Assembly (NCBI RefSeq): GCF_963691685.1
Contig: NZ_OY829290.1
Coordinates: 721,307 to 785,306 of the forward strand
Reading direction: 5' to 3'
Length of the DNA stretch: 64,000 nucleotides
Origin: Thalassovita sp.
Lineage (GTDB): Bacteria; Pseudomonadota; Alphaproteobacteria; Rhodobacterales; Rhodobacteraceae
The notes below the pieces were generated by a model. It saw only the letters and a program-made list of their open reading frames with translations, searched no databases and was not told the DNA's origin. A program made the translations under genes and the position numbers. Of the stretch, positions 31,428 through 40,122 are shown in pieces. Positions within the stretch are counted from its first letter, which is position 1. Every line of letters starts with the position of its first letter.

Positions 31428-32573
31428 ATGAATATCGTTGAGAAAATATTGGACAAACTGGCCGGCTATGAGCGGGTCACACTGCAGGAAACCGAGCGGA
31501 TGCTTGTGCTGGACGAGGGGCGTTTTGCCGCCATCCTTGGCGCAGGCCGGCATCGGGTGAAGGTCAAAGACAGCCTGCGCGAAGTCCACACCATCGATCA
31601 GCTCCGTTTCGTATCGCCCTATGATCGGGCGCTGTTCCGACACCGTCCGGATCTGGCCGAGGCACATCTGCTGGAGGTGCGGACCGGGCCGGAAGAGCTG
31701 GTGCTGGTCACCCGCGACGGACGGCCCTTGGAGGTGCGGATGCTCGACAGCCGCGTTGTCTATTGGAAAGACGCTGGGGAATGGGCCTTTGAGACCTTTC
31801 AGCTGTCTGAGGGTCTGCAGGTGCCGGGCGCGCTGCTGTCGCGTTTGACCGCAGCCGGTGTGACGGCAGGGCTGACACAAGTCACCGTTGCGGAAGGTCA
31901 CGTTGGTTTGCTGTCCGTTGATGGCAAACCCTCAGGGCAGCTGCAGCCCGGTGTGCACGGTTTCTGGAAGGCCGGTCGTGCCTTGTCGCTGAAGCAGGTT
32001 GACCTGCGGATGCGGACCCATGAGGTCTTGGGCCAGGAAATCCTGACCAAAGACCGGGTGACCCTGCGGGTGAACCTGACGGCGCAGTTCCGGGTTGTGG
32101 ACGCCGAAGTGGCGGTCACCAAAGTGAAGGACTTCGAAGAAGCCCTGCACAAGGCGCTGCAACTGGCGTTCCGGAAAACGCTGGGTGCGCTGACGCTGGA
32201 CCGGCTCCTGGCCGAGAAGGTGACAGTGGACGCCGAGGCGGCTGAAAAGGTGCGGGCAGAGATGTCCGGACTGGGCCTTGAGGTCGGTGAGATCGCGCTG
32301 AAGGACGTGATCCTGCCGGGTGAGATGCGGGACATCCTGAACAAGGTTGTGACCGCTGAAAAAGAGGCTGAGGCCAACGTGATCCGGCGTCGCGAAGAAA
32401 CCAACGCCACCCGGGCGCTTCTGAACACGGCTAAAGTCATGGCTGAAAACCCGGTCATGCTGCGGCTGAAAGAATTGGAAGCGCTGGAAAAAGTGGCCGG
32501 TAAGGTTGAGCGCCTGACAGTGCACAACGGCACCAAAGGGCTGCTGAGCGACCTCGTGTCGTTGAAAGAGTGA
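31428..32573 (+). CDS. SPFH/band-7 (stomatin/flotillin-like) domain protein
   Basis: Central SPFH domain and C-terminal coiled coil (EKEAEANVIRRREETNA...). Confidence 0.75.
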   Translation: MNIVEKILDKLAGYERVTLQETERMLVLDEGRFAAILGAGRHRVKVKDSLREVHTIDQLRFVSPYDRALFRHRPDLAEAHLLEVRTGPEELVLVTRDGRPLEVRMLDSRVVYWKDAGEWAFETFQLSEGLQVPGALLSRLTAAGVTAGLTQVTVAEGHVGLLSVDGKPSGQLQPGVHGFWKAGRALSLKQVDLRMRTHEVLGQEILTKDRVTLRVNLTAQFRVVDAEVAVTKVKDFEEALHKALQLAFRKTLGALTLDRLLAEKVTVDAEAAEKVRAEMSGLGLEVGEIALKDVILPGEMRDILNKVVTAEKEAEANVIRRREETNATRALLNTAKVMAENPVMLRLKELEALEKVAGKVERLTVHNGTKGLLSDLVSLKE

Positions 32574-32676
32574 AGGAGCGGCCCGGGCCTGTCCCGGGCC
32601 GTTTTGGATGGGGCGCATTTTCCTAGCCGATGGCGACAGGGCGCGACATACTGATGTCACCGCTTCGAGGGAGATC

Positions 32677-33408
32677 ATGATGAAACAACTCACCGCCGCT
32701 CTTGCCCTTATGACCCTGCCGCTTTCTGCCGCTGCGCAGGATGAGGGCAGCGCCTTTGTTGAGGCCAATGTTCTGGGGATTTTCTACCACGAACTGGCCC
32801 ATGCGCTGATTGACATCGAAGGGGTGCCGATCTTCGGTCAGGAAGAGGATGCGGCGGATGTGTTTTCCATCCTCATGATCCACGCGCTTTACGAAGAAGA
32901 GGTCGCGCAGGAACTGGCCTACGACGCGGCCTGGGGGTTCATCGGCGAAGCTGAAATGCGCGGTGGCGGTCTGGAAGACATCCCGTGGTGGGACACGCAT
33001 GGCCCGGATGAACAACGTTTCTATAACACGGTCTGCATCTTCTATGGCGCCAATCCCGACGCCCGCGAAGATTTTGCAGCCGAGTTCGAACTGCCCGAGG
33101 AACGCGCTGCCTACTGCCCAATCGAATTTGAACAGGCCGAGGCCAGCTGGGGTGCGGTGCTGGATGAGTTGATTGAACGTGGTGCAGGCGCGACCCTGGT
33201 GTTTGAGGGTGAGGCTGACAGTTTCAGCGCCCGGATCATTGCCGATGAAGTGGCCGCTTTGAATGAGGAACTGTCCCTGTCAGCGCCCCTGCGGATTGTT
33301 GAGGAAAGCTGCGGCGAGGCCAATGCCTTCTACGATCCCGAACGGCGCGAAGTGATATTCTGCTCTGAGTTCGAAGATCACCTGATTGAAATGGAAGAAC
33401 AGCTCTAA
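32677..33408 (+). CDS. secreted DUF4344-like putative HExxH metallopeptidase
   Basis: Signal peptide MMKQLTAALALMTLPLSAAAQ; FYHELAHALID zinc-binding motif. Confidence 0.55.
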   Translation: MMKQLTAALALMTLPLSAAAQDEGSAFVEANVLGIFYHELAHALIDIEGVPIFGQEEDAADVFSILMIHALYEEEVAQELAYDAAWGFIGEAEMRGGGLEDIPWWDTHGPDEQRFYNTVCIFYGANPDAREDFAAEFELPEERAAYCPIEFEQAEASWGAVLDELIERGAGATLVFEGEADSFSARIIADEVAALNEELSLSAPLRIVEESCGEANAFYDPERREVIFCSEFEDHLIEMEEQL

Positions 33409-33456
33409 TCCTACGGCAGGGGGTACTGCTGTTTTAGAAGCCACTGAAACAAAACG

Positions 33457-33486
33457 CATAAACTCAGGTTTATGGGCATAAACCGG
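33457..33486 (+). promoter_or_regulatory. palindromic candidate operator CATAAAC-N4-GTTTATG plus extra half-site upstream of PepSY gene
   Basis: cataaactcaggtttatg, then ggcataaaccgg, 140-170 bp upstream of the 33625 start. Confidence 0.25.
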
Positions 33487-33624
33487 CGTTTGGTGGGCGC
33501 CGGTCTAATCCTGCGGTGAATGGCTATTGGGCCTCGTGACCGGCTGATCTGTCAGCAGGTAACGCATGAGGCGTGCCGAAAAGACCCAATTGCAGATCAC
33601 TATCGCAGATCAAGGAACCCCCAC

Positions 33625-34089
33625 ATGAAACGCATTTTGATTACCTCCACCGCCCTTGTTGTTGGTTTCGCCGTACAGGCGCAGGCGCAAGCCTCGGACT
33701 TTGTGCGCGCTGTCGTCGAGCACTTTGCCCGTGAAGGCTACGAAGAAGTGGAAGTCTATGCCGATGGCATGGAAGTCACCGTTGAGGCGGTGAAAGACGG
33801 CTACTTCATCGAAACTGTCTATGACGCAGAAACCGGTGATGTTCTCTCGCACGAAGTCGAAGAAGACGATGATGACGAGGAGGATGAAGAAGACGAGGAG
33901 GATGAAGAAGACGAGGAGGATGAAGAAGACGAGGAGAATGAAGAAGACGAGGAGAATGAAGAAGACGAGGAGGACGAAGAAGACGAGGAGGATGAAGAGG
34001 ACGAGGAAGACGATGACGACGAAGAAGACGACGATGAAGAAGATGATGACGACGACGATGAAGAAGATGACGAAGAAGGCGACGATTGA
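33625..34089 (+). CDS. secreted PepSY-like domain protein with ~75-residue poly-Asp/Glu C-terminal tail
   Basis: Signal peptide (MKRILITSTALVVGFAVQAQA), PepSY-like ~60-aa core (YEEVEVYADGMEVTVEAVKDGYFIETVYDAETGDVL), then an uninterrupted D/E tail. Confidence 0.6.
   Translation: MKRILITSTALVVGFAVQAQAQASDFVRAVVEHFAREGYEEVEVYADGMEVTVEAVKDGYFIETVYDAETGDVLSHEVEEDDDDEEDEEDEEDEEDEEDEEDEENEEDEENEEDEEDEEDEEDEEDEEDDDDEEDDDEEDDDDDDEEDDEEGDD
33861..34083 (+). repeat. imperfect 18-bp coding tandem repeats (gaagacgaggaggatgaa)n encoding the poly-D/E tail
   Basis: About 12 tandem 18-nt units visible by eye. Confidence 0.8.
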
Positions 34090-34283
34090 TCCAAACGCAC
34101 TGCGCCCGTTGCCTCTGGCGGTCTAAGTGCCGATGGTTTTGCCTTCCGGGATGAGGGAGTGGTAGAACCACTGGTATCTCAGACCCTAGGGGGAGGGTCC
34201 CACTCTCTCTGGCCGGTATCGAGTTCCCCACCCGATGCCGGCGCATCCATTCGCGCGCAACGGGGCCGAAGTGAGGAAAGAAC

Positions 34284-34781
34284 ATGACCCGCAGGACAAT
34301 TGTAGCCTTGGCGTTTGCCGTGCTTGCCATCCCGGTGCAGGCCGATCCTTTGGTGGATCGCGTCACTGACCAGCTGGCCCAGCAGGGATACACGCGCATC
34401 GTTATCTCGCGCACGTTTTTGGGGCGCGTTCGAATTGAGGCGACAGGCGGCAATGCCAGCCGCGAAATCATCCTGAACCCGCGCACCGGGGAAATCCTGC
34501 GCGACTATTGGGATGCCGAAGAGGCCGAGGCTGGAGCCGGGTTGATCAGGACGGGGCGCCCGGTTGCTGGGGATGAGACTGTAGAAGATGGGGAAGACCC
34601 CGAAGATGAAGAAGATGATGCCGAAGATGAAGAGGACGAAGAAGACGAGTCTTCTGATGATGAGGCAGATGACGAAGAAGATGATGAAGAAGACGATGAG
34701 GAGGATGACGAGGAAGAGGACGAAGAAGACGACGATGATGGCGACGACGACGACGATGATGATGAAGGCGAGGATGATTGA
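34284..34781 (+). CDS. second secreted PepSY-like protein with poly-Asp/Glu tail (paralog)
   Basis: Signal peptide MTRRTIVALAFAVLAIPVQA; PepSY-like core; DEEDDAEDEEDEEDESSDDEADDEEDDEEDD... tail. Confidence 0.6.
   Translation: MTRRTIVALAFAVLAIPVQADPLVDRVTDQLAQQGYTRIVISRTFLGRVRIEATGGNASREIILNPRTGEILRDYWDAEEAEAGAGLIRTGRPVAGDETVEDGEDPEDEEDDAEDEEDEEDESSDDEADDEEDDEEDDEEDDEEEDEEDDDDGDDDDDDDEGEDD
34588..34778 (+). repeat. GAA/GAC-rich coding tandem repeats (second acidic tail)
   Basis: gaagatgaagaagatgatgccgaagatgaagaggacgaagaagac... periodicity. Confidence 0.75.
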
Positions 34782-35341
34782 TGGCCGCCTTCCGCTCTCG
34801 GTCCAGATCTCGCACGGGGCCTGACGTGAAAACACCCTGGCCTCTTCTCATTCTGATCCTGCTGCAAAGCGTCTGCGCGGTTTTCTTTGTCTCAGACATT
34901 CTGGCCACGGTCATTGGCGTGCGCGCCGCCCCAATCAGCTGGCAAACACGTGAATTGCTGGAGGTCGGCGCGGCGCTGGGCCTTGTGATGGGGGTGGTGC
35001 TGGGCTGGATTGCCTATCGTCGCTCAATGCAGCGCACGGAAGCCGCCGAAGCCAGCCTGCGCCTGCTGCAAGGGGCGTTTCATGACCATCTGGAAAGCCG
35101 CTTTCGGGAATGGCAGCTGACCCCAGCCGAACGCGAGGTGGCGCTGTTTTCCCTGAAAGGGTTCAGCGTGGAAGAAATCGCAGGTCTACGCCAAACCTCG
35201 CCGGGTACGGTGAAGGCGCAAAGCAATGCGATCTACCGTAAGGCGGAGGTCAGTAGCCGGGCGCAGCTGCTTAGCCTGTTCATTGAGGACATGATGGACG
35301 GGTCGGTCGTAGCTGTGCCTGCAGATCAATCGCAGGCATAG
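34781..35341 (+). CDS. membrane-anchored LuxR-family (HTH LuxR-type) transcriptional regulator
   Basis: Two N-terminal TM helices, then LTPAEREVALFSLKGFSVEEIAGLRQTSPGTVKAQSNAIYRKAEVSSRAQL (LuxR/GerE HTH); start overlaps or abuts the PepSY2 stop. Confidence 0.65.
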   Translation: MAAFRSRSRSRTGPDVKTPWPLLILILLQSVCAVFFVSDILATVIGVRAAPISWQTRELLEVGAALGLVMGVVLGWIAYRRSMQRTEAAEASLRLLQGAFHDHLESRFREWQLTPAEREVALFSLKGFSVEEIAGLRQTSPGTVKAQSNAIYRKAEVSSRAQLLSLFIEDMMDGSVVAVPADQSQA

Positions 35342-35712
35342 GCCTCCAATACTTCCAAGGGTACAATTTCCAAGGCCTGCTGGTGGGTGGCCGCCAGATG
35401 GACCTTGGGGGCACAGTCCTCAGCATGCGCCTGCAGGAACCTGCTGGCGCAGAGGCACCATTGGTCACCGGGTTTCAGCCCCGGAAAGCCGTATTCCGGA
35501 ACAGGTGTGGACAGATCGTTGCCAAGGTATTTGGACAGCGCCAAAAACTCCGCTGTCATCACCGCACAGACAGTATGAGAACCGCGATCTTCCCGGCAGG
35601 TGTTGCAGGACCCATCGCGGAAGAACCCGGTTTTGGGATCCTGCGAACACGGCTTTAGCGCGGTGCCAAGCACATTGATGGCGGGCAGGGGCGTGACCAT
35701 GGATATCTCCAT
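35326..35712 (-). CDS. DUF2237-like conserved hypothetical protein
   Basis: Cys-rich ~120-aa protein (GSCNTCREDRGSHTVCAV...); family assignment from memory. Confidence 0.45.
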   Translation of the reverse strand: MEISMVTPLPAINVLGTALKPCSQDPKTGFFRDGSCNTCREDRGSHTVCAVMTAEFLALSKYLGNDLSTPVPEYGFPGLKPGDQWCLCASRFLQAHAEDCAPKVHLAATHQQALEIVPLEVLEAYACD

Positions 35713-35749
35713 CTACTGTGCCACGCGCCCGGTGATCGGGTGACTGAGA

Positions 35750-36922
35750 TCAGTTTTGCGCAGCTTCGGCGATTTTGCGGAACATGGCGATCATTTCGAC
35801 GTTCACGCCGTCTTCCCGGAACAGCCGGTCGGCGGAGTTAACAGCAATCACCACGTTCAGCGGTTTGTTGATATAGATATACTGACCATAAACACCGCGC
35901 GCATAAAACTCACCTTCGCGTGGGTCAACAGCACCCCACCAATGCAGACCATAAGCTTCCTCACCTGCCTCTGTTGGGGCGGTGAACTGGGCGGAACGTG
36001 TGATCCAGCCCTCTGGCAGGATGCGCTGGCCTTGCCACATGCCGTCCTGCAGGGCCATCTGACCGAAACGTGCATAGTCGCGGGTGCGCTGGTTCAACCC
36101 ACCCAGCACGAAGCTGACGCCGTCCCCATCGGTGATCATCAATGGGCTGGCCTCCAACCCCAAGGGGGCGATCAGCTTTTCCTGCATCAGATCGGGGATG
36201 TCGCGACCCGTGGCGCCGCGAATGGCCATGCCGATCACATGGGTGTCGATCGAGACGTAGTGCCAGGCCGCACCGGGGGTGCCGCGGGTGCGGTCCTGGC
36301 CGGCAGAAAAGGCATCCATGGACCCGCCCAGCGCCAGCACACGGCCCATTTTGTTGATGTCTGAGTTGAAGTCAAGATAGTCCTCATCAAACTCAATCCC
36401 GCTGGACATATGTAGCGCATCGATGATCCGCGCACCGTCATAGGCGGATCCTTCCAGGCTGGGCACATGTTGGGTCAGCTGATCCTCAAGGGTCAGCGCG
36501 CCTTCGGCCACCAAGATGCCCAGCAGGGCCGAAATATAGGATTTGGCAACCGACCAGCTGATGCGGCGATCTTCGGCCCCGGTGTCCAGATAATAGCTTT
36601 CGTGCCGCAGTTCCCCGTCTTTCAGAACCACAAGGGCGGTCAGGGCGCGGCTGCTGATCCAATCATCGCTGCCAGAGGGCAGGGTCATCTCAGTGCCAGC
36701 GGGCAGGGGCGACACGGGGCCGGTGCCGCGGTTGATCTCCTTGGTCCAGAACAGCTGATCCATGTGCGAGAAATTGTGGACGATCTTGTCTTCGGCAAAC
36801 AGGCTGTTCACCGCCAACAGACGGCTGATTTCGTCTTTCTTCCAAAAGGCGACAACGGCAATGGCCAGCACCAGAACCACCAGAACGCGCAGCAACACTC
36901 TCAACATCTGAACCCCTCCCAA
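35750..36922 (-). CDS. beta-lactamase-family serine hydrolase (class C/esterase-like)
   Basis: SxxK motif SVAKS, N-terminal TM anchor, ~390 aa. Confidence 0.75.
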   Translation of the reverse strand: MGGVQMLRVLLRVLVVLVLAIAVVAFWKKDEISRLLAVNSLFAEDKIVHNFSHMDQLFWTKEINRGTGPVSPLPAGTEMTLPSGSDDWISSRALTALVVLKDGELRHESYYLDTGAEDRRISWSVAKSYISALLGILVAEGALTLEDQLTQHVPSLEGSAYDGARIIDALHMSSGIEFDEDYLDFNSDINKMGRVLALGGSMDAFSAGQDRTRGTPGAAWHYVSIDTHVIGMAIRGATGRDIPDLMQEKLIAPLGLEASPLMITDGDGVSFVLGGLNQRTRDYARFGQMALQDGMWQGQRILPEGWITRSAQFTAPTEAGEEAYGLHWWGAVDPREGEFYARGVYGQYIYINKPLNVVIAVNSADRLFREDGVNVEMIAMFRKIAEAAQN

Positions 36923-36978
36923 AGGTTAGTGCCTTTACTCATCACGCGGATGGGGCAGGGGGCAAGGGTGCCGCAGGG

Positions 36979-38013
36979 TCAGTTGATCTGAAACCAACGC
37001 CCGTGGAAGTCCATGCGCCCCAGATCAATTTGAATGTCGCCGGGCCACAATCGCAGCCGCACCGGGGCGCCGGGGCCTGCTGGGCCGGCCGCGTCCATCT
37101 CAAATGTCAGATAGGCCAGCGGAGTTTCCGGCGTTGCGCGTGCGGCGGCCATGGTCAGCGCCTCTGCGCAGGCGGCTTTGCTGGGTTCGGGAAAATACTG
37201 CCAAGCAACCGTGTGGTAGACAAACTCAAGCGTGCCAGGGTTGGGCGTGGCGAGCCGCTCTGCCAGCCAATGGCCCGCATCCCCAGCGTCGACCATAGGG
37301 GTGGCAATCGAAAGCGCGGCGTTGGTGCGTTGCATCCGTTCAGGCTGATCGGCCCAAAGATAACTGCGCAGGCGCAACATGTCTGCTGGCTGGTCCGGTG
37401 ATAGCGGATTCAAATCGACGCCTCGCCGTTCTGCAACGTTGAAGGGCACGATATCGGCTGGTTGCCCCTGCCAGTCAGGGCGCAGCGTCATTACCGCATT
37501 TGGTGGGGTGTATGGTCCCTGTGGCAGATCCAGTGCAAACCGGTCAAACAGCAGGTTCAGTCCAGCTGAGGCGCCAAGTTCGCTGACCCTCAAGGGCAGT
37601 CCCGGGAACCGCCGGACCGCCTCTGAGGCCGCGAGGATCATCGCAGGGGCACGCCGCACCTCATTGGTTTGCGGCGCATTGTCCAACCAGTGCAACAGCT
37701 GGGCACTATGGGTTTCAAACGCATCTGCAATTGCAGACCACAGCGCTGCATCATCCTCACTTGCAGGGTAGAGCGCCGCCAGCTGAGGCGCGGCATCAGA
37801 CAGTACCAGCGCATGTAGCCCGCCCGTCAGACGCAGCCCCACAGCATCTGCGCGCAGGGTTGCCTCTGGCCAGGTCAACAGCCGGTCGGCCACTGCGGTG
37901 CCGGGGCTTAGACTGTCACGCACAACACGCAGCAGGCGCGCCGTAAACGGTGAACCGAGCGCCTCACAGGCCTCGGCTTGTTTGCTGAGGTGATCGGAAA
38001 GCGCGGCCGTCAC
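36979..38013 (-). CDS. conserved hypothetical protein (DUF2332-like)
   Basis: 344 aa; overlaps pth by 4 bp; family call from memory only. Confidence 0.45.
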   Translation of the reverse strand: MTAALSDHLSKQAEACEALGSPFTARLLRVVRDSLSPGTAVADRLLTWPEATLRADAVGLRLTGGLHALVLSDAAPQLAALYPASEDDAALWSAIADAFETHSAQLLHWLDNAPQTNEVRRAPAMILAASEAVRRFPGLPLRVSELGASAGLNLLFDRFALDLPQGPYTPPNAVMTLRPDWQGQPADIVPFNVAERRGVDLNPLSPDQPADMLRLRSYLWADQPERMQRTNAALSIATPMVDAGDAGHWLAERLATPNPGTLEFVYHTVAWQYFPEPSKAACAEALTMAAARATPETPLAYLTFEMDAAGPAGPGAPVRLRLWPGDIQIDLGRMDFHGRWFQIN

Positions 38014-38753
38014 TTGAATTTGTTCAACAAACGCTCCATCGCGGAGCGAGTGTCAGGCTGATCATCTTGCGCCGGGGCGGCCGGTTTGGCGGGTTTCGCG
38101 GTGGCCTGTTTGCCTTCCGCGGTCTTTGGCTTGTCACCTTTTGGACCATTGTTCGCGCCGTTTTTCTGGCCGCCCGAACTGCGCGGCGGGTTGACCCGCA
38201 GCGCCACGGCATTTTGAAACTTACCGTTATCGCCTCCGGCCAGATGGGCGGCACCATCAGAAATGCCGCGCATCAGGTCATCCAGCCAGCCCTGTTCGGC
38301 CTTGGCAAAATCCGCCAGCACATAGCCGGAAACCCGGTCCTTGTGACCCGGATGGCCGATGCCCAAGCGCACCCGGGTATATTCCGAGCTGATGTGTTGA
38401 TGAATGGACCGTAGCCCGTTGTGACCAGCATGGCCGCCGCCCTGTTTCACGCGGCATTTGCCCGGGGCAAGATCCAGCTCGTCGTGAAAGACCACCACAT
38501 CGTCTGAGGTCAGCTTGTAAAATCGCATCGCCTCGCCCACCGATTGGCCGGAAAGGTTCATGAAGGTTTCAGGCTTGAGCAGGATCACCCTTTCGCGGCC
38601 CAGCCGGCCTTCGCTGACCTGGCCCTGAAACTTGGACCGCCAGGGGGCAAAGCCATGGTCACGGGCAATCTCATCCAGCGCCATGAAGCCGATGTTGTGG
38701 CGGTTGCCCGCATATTTTGCACCCGGATTGCCCAGTCCCACAAACAGCTGCAT
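38010..38753 (-). CDS. pth: peptidyl-tRNA hydrolase Pth with Lys/Ala/Pro-rich C-terminal extension
   Basis: Start at internal Met ([23 protein letters not shown]); catalytic His in NRHNIGF; ~55-aa low-complexity tail. Confidence 0.85.
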   Translation of the reverse strand: MQLFVGLGNPGAKYAGNRHNIGFMALDEIARDHGFAPWRSKFQGQVSEGRLGRERVILLKPETFMNLSGQSVGEAMRFYKLTSDDVVVFHDELDLAPGKCRVKQGGGHAGHNGLRSIHQHISSEYTRVRLGIGHPGHKDRVSGYVLADFAKAEQGWLDDLMRGISDGAAHLAGGDNGKFQNAVALRVNPPRSSGGQKNGANNGPKGDKPKTAEGKQATAKPAKPAAPAQDDQPDTRSAMERLLNKFK

Positions 38754-38927
38754 CGTTGCATTCCCTCGATTAGATCTTGTCCACTGACTAAAGCGTCCCT
38801 GCGGCAAATTCAATCAGCGCAGAGCGATTGACCTTTTGCACCGATCCCGTGCAAGAAAAGAGCTGCCAGCCGAACGGGCGCGTTCATGCCAGCTATCCCG
38901 ATAATAAGAAACGTGAAAGGAAACGGC

Positions 38928-39251
38928 ATGTCCTACATTGCCATGAACCGCTTCAAGGTCGCCTTGGGCCAGGAAGAGGCATTTGAAGAGATCTGGCGCG
39001 CACGCGAAGGGCGCCTGAATGAAATGAAGGGCTACCAAGAGTTCCGCATGCTGAAAGGCGCCGCCACTGAGGACTATTGCCTCTATTCGTCTCACACCAT
39101 GTGGGCGACCGAAGAGGATTTCCTTGCCTGGACCAAATCGGAACAGTTCCGTGCAGCCCATGCCAATGCAGGCCGTTCAGCAACCAAAGACGTTCTGGTT
39201 GGCCCGCCGCAGTTTGAAGGTTTCAAAACCGTCCTGCACGAAAGCGCCTAA
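38928..39251 (+). CDS. antibiotic-biosynthesis-monooxygenase (ABM) family protein
   Basis: ~107-aa ferredoxin-like ABM fold (MSYIAMNRFKVALGQEEAFEE...). Confidence 0.6.
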   Translation: MSYIAMNRFKVALGQEEAFEEIWRAREGRLNEMKGYQEFRMLKGAATEDYCLYSSHTMWATEEDFLAWTKSEQFRAAHANAGRSATKDVLVGPPQFEGFKTVLHESA

Positions 39252-39261
39252 GCGCCCCCAA

Positions 39262-39303
39262 ACAAAAAAAAATGCGGACCCGAAGGTCCGCGTTTCGTTT
39301 TCG
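39262..39303. terminator. bidirectional rho-independent terminator between the ABM gene and rplY
   Basis: A-run, gcggacc-cgaa-ggtccgc hairpin, T-rich 3' flank. Confidence 0.65.
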
Positions 39304-39361
39304 TCAAAGCCGTTTGTCAGCACCTCAGCAATCAATACCGGGGTGCGACAGGGCGCAGAGA

Positions 39362-39991
39362 TTACTCTTCTGCTGCTGCAGCTTCTTCGCCGTCTTCGGC
39401 TTCGTTCTCTTCCGAACGCAGACCCGACGGAGCCGAGATGTTTGCAATCACGAAGTCACGATCGATGGTCGGCTTGGCGCCTTCCGGCAGGGTTACGTCG
39501 CTGATGTGCAGAACGTCACCGACGTTGGCTTCTGCCAGGTCGATGGTGATCGACTCAGGGATGTCACCGGCCAGAACTTCCAGCTCAACTTCGGGACGTA
39601 CAACGGTCAGTACGCCACCTTTTTTGATGCCGGGGCAGGTTTCCTGGTTTTCGAAGTTCACGTTGATGAACAGCGCGATGCGGGTGGTGCGGCGCAGACG
39701 CATGAAGTCAACGTGGGTCGGCAGGTCTTTGACCACGTCACGCTGAACGTCGCGGCAGATCACACGTACATCTTCCTGGCCTTCAACTTTCAGGTTGAAG
39801 AGGGTCGACTTGAAGCGGCCAGCTTTCAGGCGCTTCAGCAGGTCGTTGAAGGGAACGTTGATCGCCAGTGGCTCAGCTTCGCCACCGAATACAACACCAG
39901 GTACTTTGCCTTCACGGCGTGCTTGACGAGCGGCGCCCTTGCCTGTCCCCGTGCGGACCTCTGCGTGGAGGTCAGGAATAGTTCCAGCCAT
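39362..39991 (-). CDS. rplY: 50S ribosomal protein L25/general stress protein Ctc
   Basis: N-terminal L25 domain ([27 protein letters not shown]) and acidic C-terminus. Confidence 0.85.
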   Translation of the reverse strand: MAGTIPDLHAEVRTGTGKGAARQARREGKVPGVVFGGEAEPLAINVPFNDLLKRLKAGRFKSTLFNLKVEGQEDVRVICRDVQRDVVKDLPTHVDFMRLRRTTRIALFINVNFENQETCPGIKKGGVLTVVRPEVELEVLAGDIPESITIDLAEANVGDVLHISDVTLPEGAKPTIDRDFVIANISAPSGLRSEENEAEDGEEAAAAEE

Positions 39992-40122
39992 TTGGAATTC
40001 TCCATAAATTAGTTAGAATCACGGGCATCCTCCAAGGCTGTATGCCCGCATGAAGCCGCGCGTATAGACGAGTCCGGGGGATTTTGAAAGGGCTTATTTC
40101 CTTGGGCCCATTGGCCGGGGCC

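Noticed and set aside
31932-32768. 278-aa and 212-aa minus-strand ORFs
   Set aside because: Antisense to the SPFH gene; no motifs.
33819-34126. Poly-Ser (33819-34100, minus) and poly-Lys/Arg/Thr (33821-34126, plus) ORFs overlapping the acidic-tail repeats
   Set aside because: These are alternative-frame and antisense readings of the GAA/GAC tandem repeat. The in-frame continuation of the signal-peptide/PepSY ORF into the D/E tail is the coherent reading.
33861-34778. Possible CRISPR-like array suggested by regular short repeats
   Set aside because: The periodicity is 18 nt (6 codons) with no unique spacers. The sequence is purely coding low-complexity repeat inside two ORFs, and no cas genes are nearby.
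34505-34914. Minus-strand poly-Ser/His-Arg ORFs (34505-34867, 34546-34914) and the plus 34588-34824 ORF
   Set aside because: Same repeat-frame artefact over the second acidic tail.
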